Numbered from the whole stretch's first letter, positions 39,134 through 53,348 are shown. The stretch: 61,694 bases of DNA, filler included, from Sphacelaria rigidula (GCA_964200075.2; 6 parts of 6 records of this genome joined end to end with filler, not necessarily neighbours in it), one strand, 5' to 3'. Numbers and translations: made by a program. The notes: generated from the sequence alone by a model not told the origin.

Positions 39134-40426
39134 AAAAAAACAAATGTAAGCGCGCAAAACGAATCGGTAACTTGGTTGACTAGCTTACGCACTGAGTGGC
39201 GTGTTTTACAGCGTCATCGCCAACCCACGCCAATCTCATAGGAGGATCCGCCCCTACAAAGTCGGAACGGAGCACGCCGGACTTTGGTCGGACCCGGCTG
39301 AAGATAGGGGGGGAGTTGAGCGACAGGCTGCCTGTGAATATTTCGCGACCGACTCAGCAAACCCCAAATACCGTCCTGCAGCTTCTGGATTATGTGCATT
39401 TGAGGATATGAGCACCTGCCCTGCATACACTACGTTTGCCATTCATGTTGTCCATACTCTCAAAATTTCTTCATTTCTCTATATTGATAGTCGCGTGTAG
39501 GAGTATCAGTAACAGCATCGGTAGTAGTATCCGTATATGTCACTATTAAGTGATTGACCGCAGAGCTCTGTTCAATTAATTGGTTGTACTGTTGATTCAT
39601 ACACTTGTGCAGCTTTACACTGTAAGCGCCGATCATAAAACAGTGGATCCTGGAAAATGGGGTCGATCTCAAAAATAAGATTCGAGTGACATACCTTCTT
39701 TGCAGGGATGACGCGGAACAGTAACAAAGAGCGAAACCATATTTCTCCCAAACCTCTGCAGCAGTGAATCAGTTGTGGCTAAATGCACCGAACGAATGCG
39801 GTGTACACGCGTGTCGAGGACGATCTCACCAGAGAGAGAAACAACGACGGAAAGGAAGCTCCTCGCCCGTATCCTTTGTGTGTCCTCGCTTGGCGGTTAC
39901 CAACCGCTCGAGTAACTGGCACCATTCATGTTACAAGCGCGTATCGAATTTCATGTGTGCCGGTATGCATGTTATTGTGTTGGTGCGCATAGCCCCCCGC
40001 AGAAAATTGAGCTGCGGCGAGATTTCGTCTCGTCTTGTCTCTGGAGCTCAGTAATGCGAAGATCGATTTCTCTCTGCCTCTCTTTTTCGGCAGGACGCGC
40101 CTGTGTGCGCTGAAAAACATGTTGGTGACACACAGGGCAATGCTCCCGTCACCGCTACCTCTGTTTTCTGTCACACCCATGCCAGCAAGGACGGCACACT
40201 GGGCCAAACGTGACAGATCCAAGTTGAACTTGGGGGGTGGCATTCATCGTTGATTGTTTCCGTCGTGACATAGGTGACCATCCATGTGCCCGATGACAAG
40301 AGCCAGCCACAGGCCAGTTGGTGTGTGTGAGAGAGAGAGATCAAACACATGTGGAGACTTCCTTGACTGCGGAGTGAAAAACGATACCTATGGTGGTGAC
40401 CTAACTATTGCTAGCGTGGTGCAGCG

Positions 40427-41098
40427 GGGTGTGCCAATGCTGCAATCTGGAGCTTTCTTTGCTCCACTCTACTGACGCACATCTGTAGAGCGTCTGCAGA
40501 GAGGTCACACACGCTAACAACACTATGTCACGTGCCGAATTTCGTAAGAGCTATACAGACAAAACAGTTTGATTTTCTGAACTACGTCCACATCATTGAA
40601 ATGACTCTTGGTACCTGAGGAACTGTGGCTTCTCCGTCCCCCCGCCAGGTACGAAGAAACGGCGACAAAGGTTTCAGGAGTGCATGTAACACCCAGGGGG
40701 GTACACAAAGTGTTTCCTGTATAAAAGTCCCGGTTTTCCTACCTGCAAACTGTTTTATGTCCGTTGCTTCCCAAAAAGAACGTTCAAGTGTCGATTTCTG
40801 TTGCATTCTGTACTGATTGGCGGGTGTCAATGCCAGCAAAGTATTGTAGAGCTACTCGACAGTATCTTCGAACGTTTGGCTGAACCCGAAGCGGCCACTT
40901 TCGTCAGGCAACAAGAAGAGTCATTTCAATGATGTGGACGTAGTTCAGAAAATCAAACTGTTTTGTCTGTATAGCTCTTACGAAATTCGGCACGTGACAT
41001 AGTGTTGTTAGCGTGTGTGACCTCTCTGCAGACGCTCTACAGATGTGCGTCAGTAGAGTGGAGCAAAGAAAGCTCCAGATTGCAGCATTGGCACACCC
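40427..41098. repeat. Perfect 183-bp inverted repeat with 306-bp spacer, ending at the contig edge
   Basis: 40427-40609 is the reverse complement of 40916-41098, with no mismatch seen. Confidence 0.95.
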
Positions 41099-41210
41099 NN
41101 NNNNNNNNNNNNNNNNNNNNNNNNNNNNNNNNNNNNNNNNNNTTAATTAATTAANNNNNNNNNNNNNNNNNNNNNNNNNNNNNNNNNNNNNNNNNNNNTG
41201 CGTGGGACCC

Positions 41211-44200
41211 TCCTTGGACTAGCGGGCAACTTTTCCCTCCCTTTCGGGCAATCAGGCAGAAGAAATCGTGAATTTGGTGATTTTGAGTCGTGATGATTCG
41301 TCCTAACGGTGAAAGCATCGACTCATGATTTTTTTTTGTGTGCCATGGTAATCTGTTTTATTATGCCCTAATCATTGCCCATACCAAATTTTAGGGTTCA
41401 ACTCTAAATATTGGCCGACAAATGGGCCATTTGGTAACAGGGTCGGTAGAAATTCGGAACAGTATTTTGCAGGCCACTTACCGGCCCACGTTTGGTGTTT
41501 GTGTATTAAAACTCTGCATGGACCGTGGCTAGGACATAGTTAACAAAACAACGTGGGTCACGTTGGTATCTATTCATTTACTTCATTGGTTTAGGGCGTT
41601 TCAGTACAGTAACAATCATTTTTTTACGAGAACGCCCGAACCTCTCCCCCCCCAAAAAAAAAATTGAGACCTTTTTTTTTATTATTCAGCATACCTCTGT
41701 GGTTCTCCATGCTGAGTTTCAAATCACAATTCGAAAAATTGAGCTGAAAAATTGAGAAAAGGCCGAAGAGTAGTGTTCATTTCTCCTCAAAACTGCCCTA
41801 AAAACCCCCAAAAAAATGAAAGTAAACGAAAACAGGTAAAAACAAGCTGTTTTCATTAGCTTTACTATGCACTAGCGGTTCTCCATACGAAATTTCATAG
41901 CATAACTCTCAAAACCTCAGACGCGATATCCAGATAATGTTCATCTAGTGCCTCTGCTCGTAATATATTGATTTTCGTATGGAAAAATCATGTGCGCCAT
42001 ATCTCGAGATCGATAACGAATTAGGTGAAGGTGAGGGTATATATCGCCTCCCCGTGCTCCAGGGAGTGTCCACACAAAAAATCGTCGTCATCCGCTAAAT
42101 GCATCGATCGGGGTTTCATAAAAATGTTATGGTATGGACGCTATATCCGTCAGGTATAAGAATTACTAGACATGGGTTTTTATCAACGAGAAAATATTGG
42201 CCCAAACTTTTGAGCAAATGGGGACCTTCCCTTTGATAAAACGATCAATACAATATACGGATCATGGCCCAACTCGCCTGCGTCGATGAGATATTGCTTT
42301 GAAAGCTTAAATCCGTTTCTAGGCTTGCTCAGCTCGTACTGCATGCAAGTAAAACGAGAAATCGTTCCTCGAGCATCCTGCCTTTGCATACCTGGGGAGG
42401 TATTTATCTGGGCCAGGGACAGGACCCTCACACGATCTTGGCAGTGACATCAAACTCCGTAACAATCTCCGCGCGCTGGTCGTTCGGGTCTGGTCGATAA
42501 ATTTCGCCTCGCCGTGATAGGAAGGTCGCTCCCTGACTTCTTTTTTCATTATTTTACTAACACATGGCTAACCCCGTGTTAGTTGGGGGTCGGTCCCAAG
42601 AAGGTTAAACAACCCCGCAGCGTAGCGTTATTTTTACCAGTTTGGTCACGACTGTTCAACTGTAGGTAACATGGGCAAAGAGCGTGTTTTTTTTACGCTG
42701 CTCGTAGTCTTTGCCGCCTACCCGACCCCTCTTGTGTTGGCAAGATAGCGTCATTTTATCTGTAGTGTTGTGGAACACTAAGCAGAAACATCAGCAGCGT
42801 GTAATACGTTGTTCAGTCGAGAATGATGGCACGCTGACTGTTTCTTACCGTTGTGTCCGGCCACCGATGATGATTAAGGGTGTGTCTTGGCACACTTTTC
42901 TTAGATCGACAAAAATGAGCGGTGGAATTGATTTGAGCGAATTCGTTCATTTTTCTCGAGTTGGTTACAAGCGATGATATTGTGTTCCCTTTTCCCAAAA
43001 AAATAATAATTCATCCCAAATAATCCACCCTCAACATCCATCCTTTGACAACCTTTAATTTTTTTAATTATCACGACCTATCTTTGCAAGGTTCCGATCG
43101 AAAAAAGACAGTGACATTCGTGAAACGGTACCTGTGCGCTTGTCCAAAGTACAGACAGTGCTGTACTGAACTGTCTGTTGTTTGCATACCGTATGGCTAA
43201 GTGCGTGTGTGTTTCGTACACAAGGATGCGAAAGAGAAGTGGGCAACGTGCAGTACAGACAACGCAGGACTATCTGTATGCTCTTTGTTGACAATGCGAC
43301 GTGAGAAGGACTTGAACAAGGTGCAGCTTTGTAGTGTCTGCATTGTCCATGAGCCTCAGCCGCCCACCCTACCACGCAGTTTCGTGGCCGATCCATGAAC
43401 GAAGACGCTGAAGTTTTCGCCGACAACAAATACGCTAATCATACTCCAACTACTACAGTGTGTCTATCCCTGTGATCAACTCGTGCTCTATGCTGCAGGG
43501 TTGCGGTGGTGGCTGAGAATGAACAGTGTGGGGTTTGCATGCTTCTGTGAACAGGTGTCATTTGGCGTGGTGGTCTTCAAGACAGGAGTCGAGTGCCGCT
43601 TCGTCCCTTTTCTCCACATGTTTCGATCGAAAAAAAAATTAGCTTCGGGTTTTATTCCCTCCTGTCCGCGCGCCACTAATTACACAAAATAGTTGAATCC
43701 CGCTAGGGACAGAAATCCGGTAGGCCTATGAGGTCGAGAAAAAATGTGCTTGGACACGCCCTGAAAACCGCACTATGTACGGTAGAGAAGCGGCACCAGT
43801 TGCAGCAGGAGTATGCAGACAGCGAAAAAAGGAGGTACATGAAGAAGGTACGATGCGACACGCTTGCAAGATCAAAACACGCTCGAAATGTGCCAGCCTT
43901 TCCCCGGTAGTACACTGTGTTCACTAGAGAGCGATGGCACGCTGGCTATTTCATACTGTTGTCTTCAGTCGCCGATAAAAAATGTTCGCATGTTGTATGT
44001 GCCGTACGGTGGAGTAGTAGCAGCAGTGCAGATAGGAAAAGGAGATGGGGTACAGTTGAGGCGATGTGACATGCGTGCAAGATCAACACACGCTCAAGCT
44101 GGGCCAGTCCTGCCCCAAAAGTAGTAGGACTGCTACGAAAGCGTGGATAGGAGGACATGATGTATGTTGTTTGCATATATCGATCGCAACAGTGGCGGCT

Positions 44201-45330
44201 GCCAGCGTTCGCCACTTGCAAACCATTAGCTTGTACCCGCGAAGACTGAAAACTACGGGGCGAAGAGATACATACCGACTCTGCACGCACTTGGCTGCAG
44301 ACTTCATACGGGTCAGGGGTTATCTGGGACTACTTTATATATATATATATACATGCCATATATCCACATGTTGAAGAGAAAAAGGCGTTTTGTCTAGTGA
44401 AAAAAAACAGCTATTCTGAACCTCAAATGTGGCTTCGCCTATTTGAATCCATCTGGGGAAGGGAGGCAGTCAAAGGGTTAACTCATGGAAAAAAACAATT
44501 TCATGTGATGGTGTGATTTTTTGCATTATTGCCTTGCGATTCTCCGTACCAAATTTCCAGGTACAACTCTACCAACCTGCTACATCGCCCACAAAACCTA
44601 CAGTTGCGTTTCTAGGCTGGTCCAGCTCTCAGTAAAAATTTCTCCTCGGGCGAATGATACATCGAGGTGTACCTGGACGTTTAGCGGCCACGAGTGGGTA
44701 AAGGCTGCACAGCTCAAAACACACGCATGGATTTACGGACATGCGATTGGCCGAAGCCGTCGCGTACCTTGTCCTAGGGAGGAGAGCCAAGGGGATGCTT
44801 GAGTCTGTCGCCATTCTCCCAAAACCTATTCCTAAGAGTCCACTGTACTGTACCCGAACTTGGCGGACACGGTGCCTGTTTGTGGGGATTCCAAGAAGCG
44901 GCGTTGCAGAATCACTCACTGGACCCGCACGAGTTCACCCTTTTCGTTGACTCCGACTTTTGTTTTTGACGCCACCATGCGGCGCCTGATCCCCGTCGCC
45001 TGCACCACCGCTTTCCCTGGCACCGTCACCGCAGTATGGACGCCCCTGTGGCTGAGGGTTCATGGTCTGGATTTCGTTTGGGTTATAGTTAGGGTTGGGT
45101 TGGGTTGGGTTGCGTTGGGTTGGGTTGGTGTGATTTCATTCCGAAAGTGCGCAAAACACAACTTTGCAAACAAGTAATAGCACGCCGGGTCCCCCAATAT
45201 GGTGGGCCCGCGGGGGTCCAATTAGTGATTCTGGCTACGGCGAGAGTAGGCCATCTGTTGAATTGGCATCACAGTTTCACCTGAAAAAAAGTATGCATGG
45301 TCCAGAAAAACTGCCCTCGCGATCCAAGGG
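41211..45330. mobile_element. Composite piggyBac-like region
   Basis: TCCTTGGACTAGCGGGCAACTTTT at 41211 resembles the reverse complement of AAAAACTGCCCTCGCGATCCAAGGG|TTAA at 45330. A second AGGG|TTAA end lies at 44477. 42690-42860 and 44380-44477 resemble copy A. A Cys-rich minus-strand peptide (RNCVV...CLYC) lies at 43064-43429. Confidence 0.45.
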
Positions 45331-45346
45331 TTAAATGCCGTATTTC

Positions 45347-45732
45347 TAGAGCTCGGAAATGGTTTGTCTAACCATGAACCAGTTGAACGGTTACGCGTAG
45401 CGCACTCATTAACCAGTTGAATGGTATATAATGGTTTGGTCTTCGAGCGGCGCAGCCGCGAGCCAAAAAGCCCCCCCGGTAGAGGGGACCCCGCCGGAGG
45501 CGCTCCCGGAGGGCCCGCCGTGCGGGAGGCACGTTTTTACACGATTTGGGTTCACGAGAGCTGAAACATACGTTCAATTTGGGCCAATTTCCAAGGGCTG
45601 TATGTAGCATACGTAGCCGGTAACGGTAAATAATGGTTTGAAACCATTATAAAAATTTTTCATATGACCATAACCATTATTACCATTATAATTATAATGG
45701 CCAGTTATAACTGGTACCATTTCCGAGCTCTA
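45347..45732. mobile_element. hAT-like MITE
   Basis: Perfect 17-bp TIR TAGAGCTCGGAAATGGT; exact 8-bp TSD CGTATTTC; AACCAT subterminal repeats. Confidence 0.95.
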
Positions 45733-46819
45733 CGTATTTCCGCTTTTCCAACGGTAAAAATACCAATGTCTGTACACCATCGAGTTATTTCCACAAGGTA
45801 CACTTGTCTAGACAGCAGAGTGCACCCCAATTCGGCGAAAATAAATGGTGGTTGACAAAATACTTGATCTTAGCCGAGACCATCATATTTGGATCTTCAC
45901 AGGGTTTACAGTCCAGAGCGCTCGCCTAGCCTACACCCGTTTTGACTCAAGTTGGCGCCTGAGGCAGAACAAGGTAAACTTTGCCTGTGGCACTCCATTT
46001 CACCTCCGTTCCCCAAGGATTCTCGGTCTGCGTTAGGTTGGGGTCGGGTTCAAGGTTAGCTGTATGATTTGACAGAAACGAAGTATGTGTCAACCATCGC
46101 TTATTTTCGCCGAACTGAGGTAAAAGTCGCCTCCGTCTCAAAAGGATCACTTGTGAAGCGCTCTTCATCCATTCACCAGGAGCCATGCATCATGACGCCA
46201 TCATGACGGTAATATGACGTCATCAGGGCGCAACCACCAACGTAACCAATCTCAACCCAACCCCGTCCGACTCAACCCTAATCCGAACCCTGATCCTAAA
46301 CCCATCGAAACGCAGACCATGAACCCTTGGGCAGAGGAGGGTCCACACGGCGTGAAAAACATGAGTACAGTGCCAAGGTCAGTGGTTGGGTAGCCATGGA
46401 CATAATCGACGTCATGATGTCACGCGCTCCGTGCTGAGCCGATGATACCTACGTAAGCTCCGTGTCAACCATGCCTCCGACGGTTCGGCAAAGTCGACTG
46501 TACATGTGTTTCGACCTCGGAACGAAGCCCGACTCATGCATGGAGAGGTTCGTCAACAGAGTTTGCCCCGCGACAATCTCTGCACTGACAGACAGCATGG
46601 GGGACATCGATTGCCAACCACGCGAAAACGCCACGAACGAGAGCACCTCCTTCGAGGCGGCAAAAACCGACGGAGAAACTGCTACGAGTATCGCCGAAGG
46701 CAAGCGCGTGTTCAATGGACGTACGTTTAACATTGTTTTCGCCAGATTGAGTGTCTAGCATTCGATCGTGGGTTTTTACTGGGAAACACGTTGTTTTCAT
46801 ATATTCCATTAATGGATGA

Positions 46820-47070
46820 AACACACTCACTTGTCTGAATGATGCAAAAATCTGCGCACGACTTTTCATGAATATCCCACTTGTTTCCGGTGAGAGAGAG
46901 GACTGAAATAAAATGAGCACAAGAATACTGATGGCATGTGTCCCATAAATGAATAAAACACACTAACTTGTCTGAATGATTCAAAAATCTGCGCACGACT
47001 TTTTCTGGATATCCGTCTTGTTCTTGGTGCGAGCGAGAACTGGAATAAAATAAGCACAAGAATACTGATG
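46820..47070. repeat. 137-bp tandem duplication
   Basis: AACACACT.ACTTGTCTGAATGAT.CAAAAATCTGCGCACGACTTTT...AGCACAAGAATACTGATG twice. Confidence 0.9.
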
Positions 47071-47415
47071 TGTGTCAAAACGTTTTTGTTGCACTGTTAG
47101 TAGACGAAACAGTAACAGGTCTGAATGGCGCAAATCTCAAGACTCGTGTGATGTTGGATATTCCGCCATTCGATGTCGATCAAAACAGCAAACAATAAGC
47201 ACCGCGTGTCTGGCCCCGAAAATCGGCCCCCCATTTCGTCATATTGTTATGATCATCTCTAGCAGGTAACCCTAAATGAAGGCGTACGAAGCCATGGAGG
47301 CGACACACTGACAAATCTGAATGGCGCGCCAGTGTGAAAACTCACGTGTTTTGTTCACATTCCGCCTTTTGGCGCTTTCAAGAAAAACAGAAAACACTGA
47401 TCATCTGACAGCTGA

Positions 47416-49850
47416 CTATATCCGCGTGATCCACATGTAGCATTCCCGACCGAAACCACGCTTCGCTACCTTCTCCAGTGGCGTCTCTTCCAGAGGTCCA
47501 TCATCGTCAACTTCTGGCGCATCGTTTAGATATGCCATGTCTGAGATAATAGCTGGATCTGCCGCGAACCGCTGCAAGATCACCTCGAACAAGGCCACGC
47601 TGAAGATCTTGAGCAATAGTGGGGACCAAACATGTCCTTGCTTGACTTCCTGGTAGACGTGGACTCACGCTAATAGCTCGCCGTCTTCCACCTGTACCCG
47701 ATCTCGCATGCCATCGTGGAATATATGGATGATCTTGATCATCCGTGGCGGGACGACAAACCGGGCAAACACTCTCCACAAGACCGTGCAGTCTACTGAG
47801 TCGGGGGCATTCTGCAGGTTGATGAAGTACATATTTCCCGGGGCATGTTGCCCGCCCGTCCCAACTCCTGTAGTCGGCATACCACGAATATCATGTCGGT
47901 GGTCGATCGTCGGCGCCGGAATCCGTCCTGTTCTTCCGGGAAAATCCTTGCCTCCTCCTAGAAACTACCCAGCTTGTCGGCTACGCTCTTGAGGAGACCT
48001 TTGCAGTACTAACATGCGCTCCGAGGGAGATGCCCCTGTAGTCGCCGCTATCAGTCCTATCCTTCTCCTTGTATCGCACGTTGGTATTGGCGTATTTTCA
48101 TTCCTGCGACACCTTGCCAAATGTCCAGACCGCAGCGATAGTGCTGTGGAAGTGGTACACCGTCTCTGAAGACTCCCGGGTCAACCCAATCTTGGGGAGT
48201 TCAGCAGGTAGACCATTCGGACCCGTCGCTTTGCCGTCAGCCATACGTAGCTCTCAGGGCCTCCTCCGTTTCAGTTGGGCTTGGTCGGTCTTCAAGCAAT
48301 GACGCTGTCGGTCGTTGCGTGAAGTTCTGGATGACGGCTCGGTCGATGGTTACGGGCATGCTAGTCAGCAAGGTAGAGAAGTACCGTTTCCATCTCTCGC
48401 AAACTTGTCCCGCAGCAGGTTTCCGTCCTCATCCTTGATACTCTTCTCGCCCCCTACTTTTTGTTTCGTCGGACGCCACCCTCCTTTCAGACGTCTGTTG
48501 ATTGATCGATTGATTGATTGATTGATTGTCGCACTTTAAGTGACCCCCCAGGGGTCCAGCCGTGGTCTCATACCTGTACCATCGTATCATGTTCCCGATT
48601 CTACTATACTTTCCCATCTCCCTAGCATACACATCCAGGGACCCGTTCACCCCAGTGTGGATCACCTCTTTGAGTTTCCGGCACATTGCTCGCAAGGGTC
48701 GCCATGCGGGTTTATCTCTCGCTCCCATTCGCAACGAGATTCTCACGCATTCCTTCTCATTCCAGGCCTGTTAGAGCTCCGATCGGATCGCAGCATCTTG
48801 GAACAAACCTGAGACCTGCCCGATGTTCGTGGCTTTCGGGTCTGACGAGGCACCACCTTCTCATCGGAGTTGAAGAGCGTGTCGGCATAATTTGCAGCCA
48901 ATGCACTGTCTGCATCGTCAGCTCTACTTTGCCTGGGCTCGCTGGTGATGAGCTGGGTAACTTGCTCACGCCCACCGGTGCCACATGTTTTTGCCCGCTT
49001 GTCGATCGGTTCGCGCCCAGTGGAGGTTCGCCGAGGTCTATTGCGCGCGAAGCGACCAAGGAGCCGCACTGAGGCACACGGTGTTGTGGCCAGAGCCCGG
49101 CGAGTTGGGTGGTCGAAGGTGAACAATGACATGGCGAACAAGCCTGAGGTCATCTTACTGTGCGAGGACGCAGTCAGTTCGTTTCTTGTCTGCGGAACAG
49201 GTCGGAATACCATTGAACGCATGCGACGTGCCATCCTTGGGTGTGAAAAAAACGTGTTCACCCGGGCAAGCAAGCCCACTGTCGCCCATAAATTTTAGGA
49301 AGGAAGTGCCATTGCTTTTGGTTTCTCGGGAGTCCCAGCCGTATGACCGCACCATTCTATGGTCCTTATTTCCTGTTCGTACCCCAGTCCTAGCGCCAGC
49401 AGCTATCGAAATAGACAGGTGGTGATACTTGGGGAACTCGGTTCACAGTGCTGTCCAGAATATGTCTCTCTCATCTCTTGACTTTGCAAGTGTCTGTAGG
49501 GCCATCGACAGCTACAAACATGACAACGCTCGAATTGCCTTTCTAGTCGGCAATCATCGACATGAGGGATTCGCTAATGCGCGCCTAAGTCCACGTCGCC
49601 TTATTGGTCGATTCCTTGGCCGTCAACCCAACCCCATGTTGTCCAGCCCTTTCCCTTGCCACCTCCCGCCCCGCAGCAAAATACATGATATCCCGCGGCA
49701 ACGTACTCTGTTCGGCCCTTTTTTTTTCTCCTGCAGTCCGATGACGTCACCACTCACAGCTTCACAGTTTTCCGGAATCACTTCAGCATGGCCAGCCCCG
49801 TTCTGTCCCGTGAGGGACAGTGCATGGAGGTTGTAGGTCGCCACTTTGAG
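47416..49850 (-). mobile_element. Second, older RTE-type LINE remnant (APE + RT to just before YADD)
   Basis: ATYNLHALSLTGQNGAGHAEV..DVIGLQE; NTFFS; DYRGISL-like; FINLQNAPDSVD; FHDGMR; IF..ALFEVILQRF. (TTGA)n inserted at ~48497-48527. Confidence 0.85.
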
Positions 49851-52800
49851 CTCCCCTATACGCGACCTCGCTCTAGCCTAATCTACATCTACACGCTCTG
49901 CTCTTTGTTCTGCCCTCCTTTCGGGTTTATTCCTCCTTGTAATTTTACGCGCGAACTTATTTCGGTTCTAAGGTTTCTTTGTCACATCAATCATGTTACC
50001 TGCCTCGCGCTTTGGTCTCACGAGGAGGGATCAACCGTTCCAGCCCGCGTCGTCCGCTATCTCCATTCCGCCGGATCTGGCACCCGATCAGTCTTGTCTC
50101 ATCTTCATCGACGTGTTTTCCGCGACAGTGCCCCAACTTCGGGTAAATCTCCGCAGCTGCGGGGTTTGAGGGTGAATTCCACTACAGGGTAAAACTCAGC
50201 AGCTGCAGGGTTAAGCCTGGAGTTCGACATTGTTGGCATGACCCACTAGCTAGTTTGTGTGTTGAATCACAGATGACACAACGCGCGGACTAGTCTGTCC
50301 CGTCGCTCTCTACTACGCTTGGTTGTGTCGTTTGGTTGCTGGTTGGAGCGGGAGAGTCGGTAATGCACGCTCGTTGACGAGCGAAGTTACGGTACAGCTC
50401 AACGGGATAACCACGTCGAGATATCAATGTGTAATAAGTGTACTGCAGGTTACGGCAGCGTTTGTAACGCAAAGCTGGAGATTAAGTACTAACTCTTCTT
50501 GTTTCTCTCTCCAGCTTGAGTTTTACCCTACATTCCAGTGCAGCAAAAGCCCTTCACAAGATCTTCCTGCGTTTTCATCGAGTTATTTACCATACTTACT
50601 GTATCGGACCGTTGCAACCCCTTCTCCCAAAGCTCGGCATTACCTTTTTACTTATTTCTATTGATTCATTTGTTGCACTTCGAACCCCTCCCCTTCCGCG
50701 GGATGAGTCCGTGGTCTCAAGGGATCAACCCATCTCTCCCCCGGTAGTCTATCTATATATCTATATATCTATATAGCTTACTGTACACATCGCTCTTTAC
50801 TAGAAGTCGCTGGCAGGGAGGACTGTACATGTACGAGGGAAACCGTCAGTCAACGCGTGTTTGTGTCAAAATCACCAGGGTTGTGTATCCTGACCCTTTG
50901 GCGATACGATGGGTATGTTTAATTCTCGTCAGGCGATGGATCGATACAGCTCGATACATCGTTGATGTTCGCAGACAATATCTCATCCGATTTTTGACGA
51001 TACATTCCAAGGGGGGGGTTGTTTTCGAGTGTGATGCCACTGCAAAGATCGTGTGGGGGCCCTCATCCCTGGCCCAGATAAGCCTCCCCAGGTTTCCAAA
51101 TGCAGGTTGGTCGCAGCTTGGTTCTACGGCATTACTTTCATTCAGTATACCGTCCCCGATATTTTTCGGGGCGGGGGGGGGGGTCGCAATTTCTATACCA
51201 AAATGTAGTAATTAACGCTTACACAGGGTGGAGCGGGAAACACCGGGAAAGAGTGTACATGCTACCATGTGGTCATTTTCACGAGGCACTAAACCCAGGT
51301 TGGCCGTGGAAAAACAAAAGGAGCTACCGTCATGAATTCTGCCTATCCCTCTGCCGATGACTTGCAGTGTGCAGTTAACATGTATGTAGTGGGCGGNNNN
51401 NNNNNNNNNNNNNNNNNNNNNNNNNNNNNNNNNNNNNNNNTTAATTAATTAANNNNNNNNNNNNNNNNNNNNNNNNNNNNNNNNNNNNNNNNNNNNCACG
51501 CAAGTGACACGGAAGCGTTTAGTCACGTACGTATAATGCTTTGCTTTTCGTTCCAAGGTTTTGAGTGCGAACACGCCTGCGATAATCTTTTCGTGTGAGC
51601 ATCTAGCCAGCGCGGTTTTCGTGCTTTTGATATTTTCGCTGGGAGGGCTGACCCCACCTCGTTTCTTCACCATCATCATCGCCACCTTATTTTCATCTTG
51701 TTTAGCATGATTACGGGGGAGTTTTTACTCCTGACTTATTTTGAAACATGTCGTGCGACTGATTCTATACTTTCCCCCACAGGACCTTTTCGTTTCATAG
51801 GACAGGTAACATTCCTACATGGACATACTTTGAGAATCCTGCACGTCGCCGGTACCCTTCACTTAGGTGGTACGCACAGCGTAGCGTCAGCCCTTTCCAC
51901 AGTGCTGGCAAGTAAGGTGTGCTATTCAAGTCCTGTATCGGCTGTTCGCCAACACACGAATGTAGCAAACGGTCACGTGGTCATACTTGGTCTGTCCAAT
52001 AAGGAATTCGATGATGTGAACACGGAGCCTTGACTGTGTCCGATGCATTAGGCGGAATGTTTTTGAAAATTTTTGATATTTTGTTTGAACACTACCCCAC
52101 GTTAGCGAACCGTCGGAAAATAGGCAGTCGGCTCGAGAATGGGCCGTATTTCGCCCCCCATTCCGCGGGGGGAAAACGTCAGACAAATGACCGATTCTGC
52201 TTGTTGACCGCGTGTGCAGCGCCGCGACCTTTTTTGGAGTAAGAGGCGATGACCGCCGACGCCGACGCTTGTGTGAGAGGTCGAGGTCCCTGAGCCATGC
52301 TGCGATAGGGAGGGCTGGAGGTTTCTTGACTAATTTCTTCCACAACGTTTCACTCCAAATTGTCGTTGAAAGTAGCAGCGGTTGTTCGACCCCGCTTTCT
52401 ACAGATAGACACGCCTGTTCATACCGCTCGACAACTTTTCTACCCAACGACGAGCGCATCGAGAGTGTGCTAGGTCATCTGCCACATTTATGAGCCATTT
52501 TAGTCGTGGAATCAAACACCCGCACCCCCCACATCGTAGCATGACTCCCCTGGTGTCTTATATCGGAGCTTTGGAGTATCCCGTTGGGAAATCGGGACCA
52601 ACACCGTTACAATCTGTGAGTGGAACGAGAGTACCCTTCGGCATCCTTGAGTTGCCTGGCGGAATGGCCAGCGCTATCTCCACCGCCATGGCGTAACCGC
52701 GGCCCAATGATTCTTCGGCGCCCCTTCCGCGACTGGAGGTGTGTGCATGGGAGAGACCATCGTGATTGTGGTAGGTAATTGGCGATTAAACGTCAAAGCC

Positions 52801-53182
52801 GACAAAAAGCGGACAATTCTAAACCAACTGATATTGAAACCGATACCCAAAATGTTCTCAAAGTATGGGCAAGTTCGTTTGGAACATTCCCCAAAATTGT
52901 GACTACGATTTCATTTTCCTGTGAGCATCTGCATAACTTCAGTTTCCGAATAAACCTAACTACAGCAGCGTAGGCACCTCCATTGGGGACAAATGATTTG
53001 CACCCCATTACTGACTTTATATGTAGGACATAAGACGTATGCATCATCTCAGTGGAAGTGCATGGATGAATTTAGCAGATGAAGGACACTCACACGCCTT
53101 ACGTTTCTCTTTATCAACTATACTCAAAAGTGCCTGTAGATTACCTCGAAATCGAAAGGCCCTCGAGCCAAACCGGCATATC

Positions 53183-53348
53183 TCAACCTGGCATCGGTTT
53201 GGGCCATGATCCAGAAACGCGGTAGCTCATCCGAAACGGTGAGCCTCGGGTGCCGTCTTTGCTTCCTTTGTTGCACATATCGTGCTGATATGTCTTGAAC
53301 GATTCACATTGACGGAATTCGGGTACGAAGTTCTGGCCTAGGATCAGC
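53183..53348 (-). CDS. RGS-domain gene, probable last exon
   Basis: CTTTCGCCCAG| acceptor; G + LILGQNFVPEFRQCESFKTYQHDM (RGS C-terminal helix) to TGA; phase matches the preceding exon. Confidence 0.8.

Noticed and set aside
35191-51566. 70-bp near-identical pair (35191-35259, 51497-51566) as LTRs of one element
   Set aside because: Different contigs; simply a dispersed repeat. The same applies to 10105-10200 versus 39850-39935.
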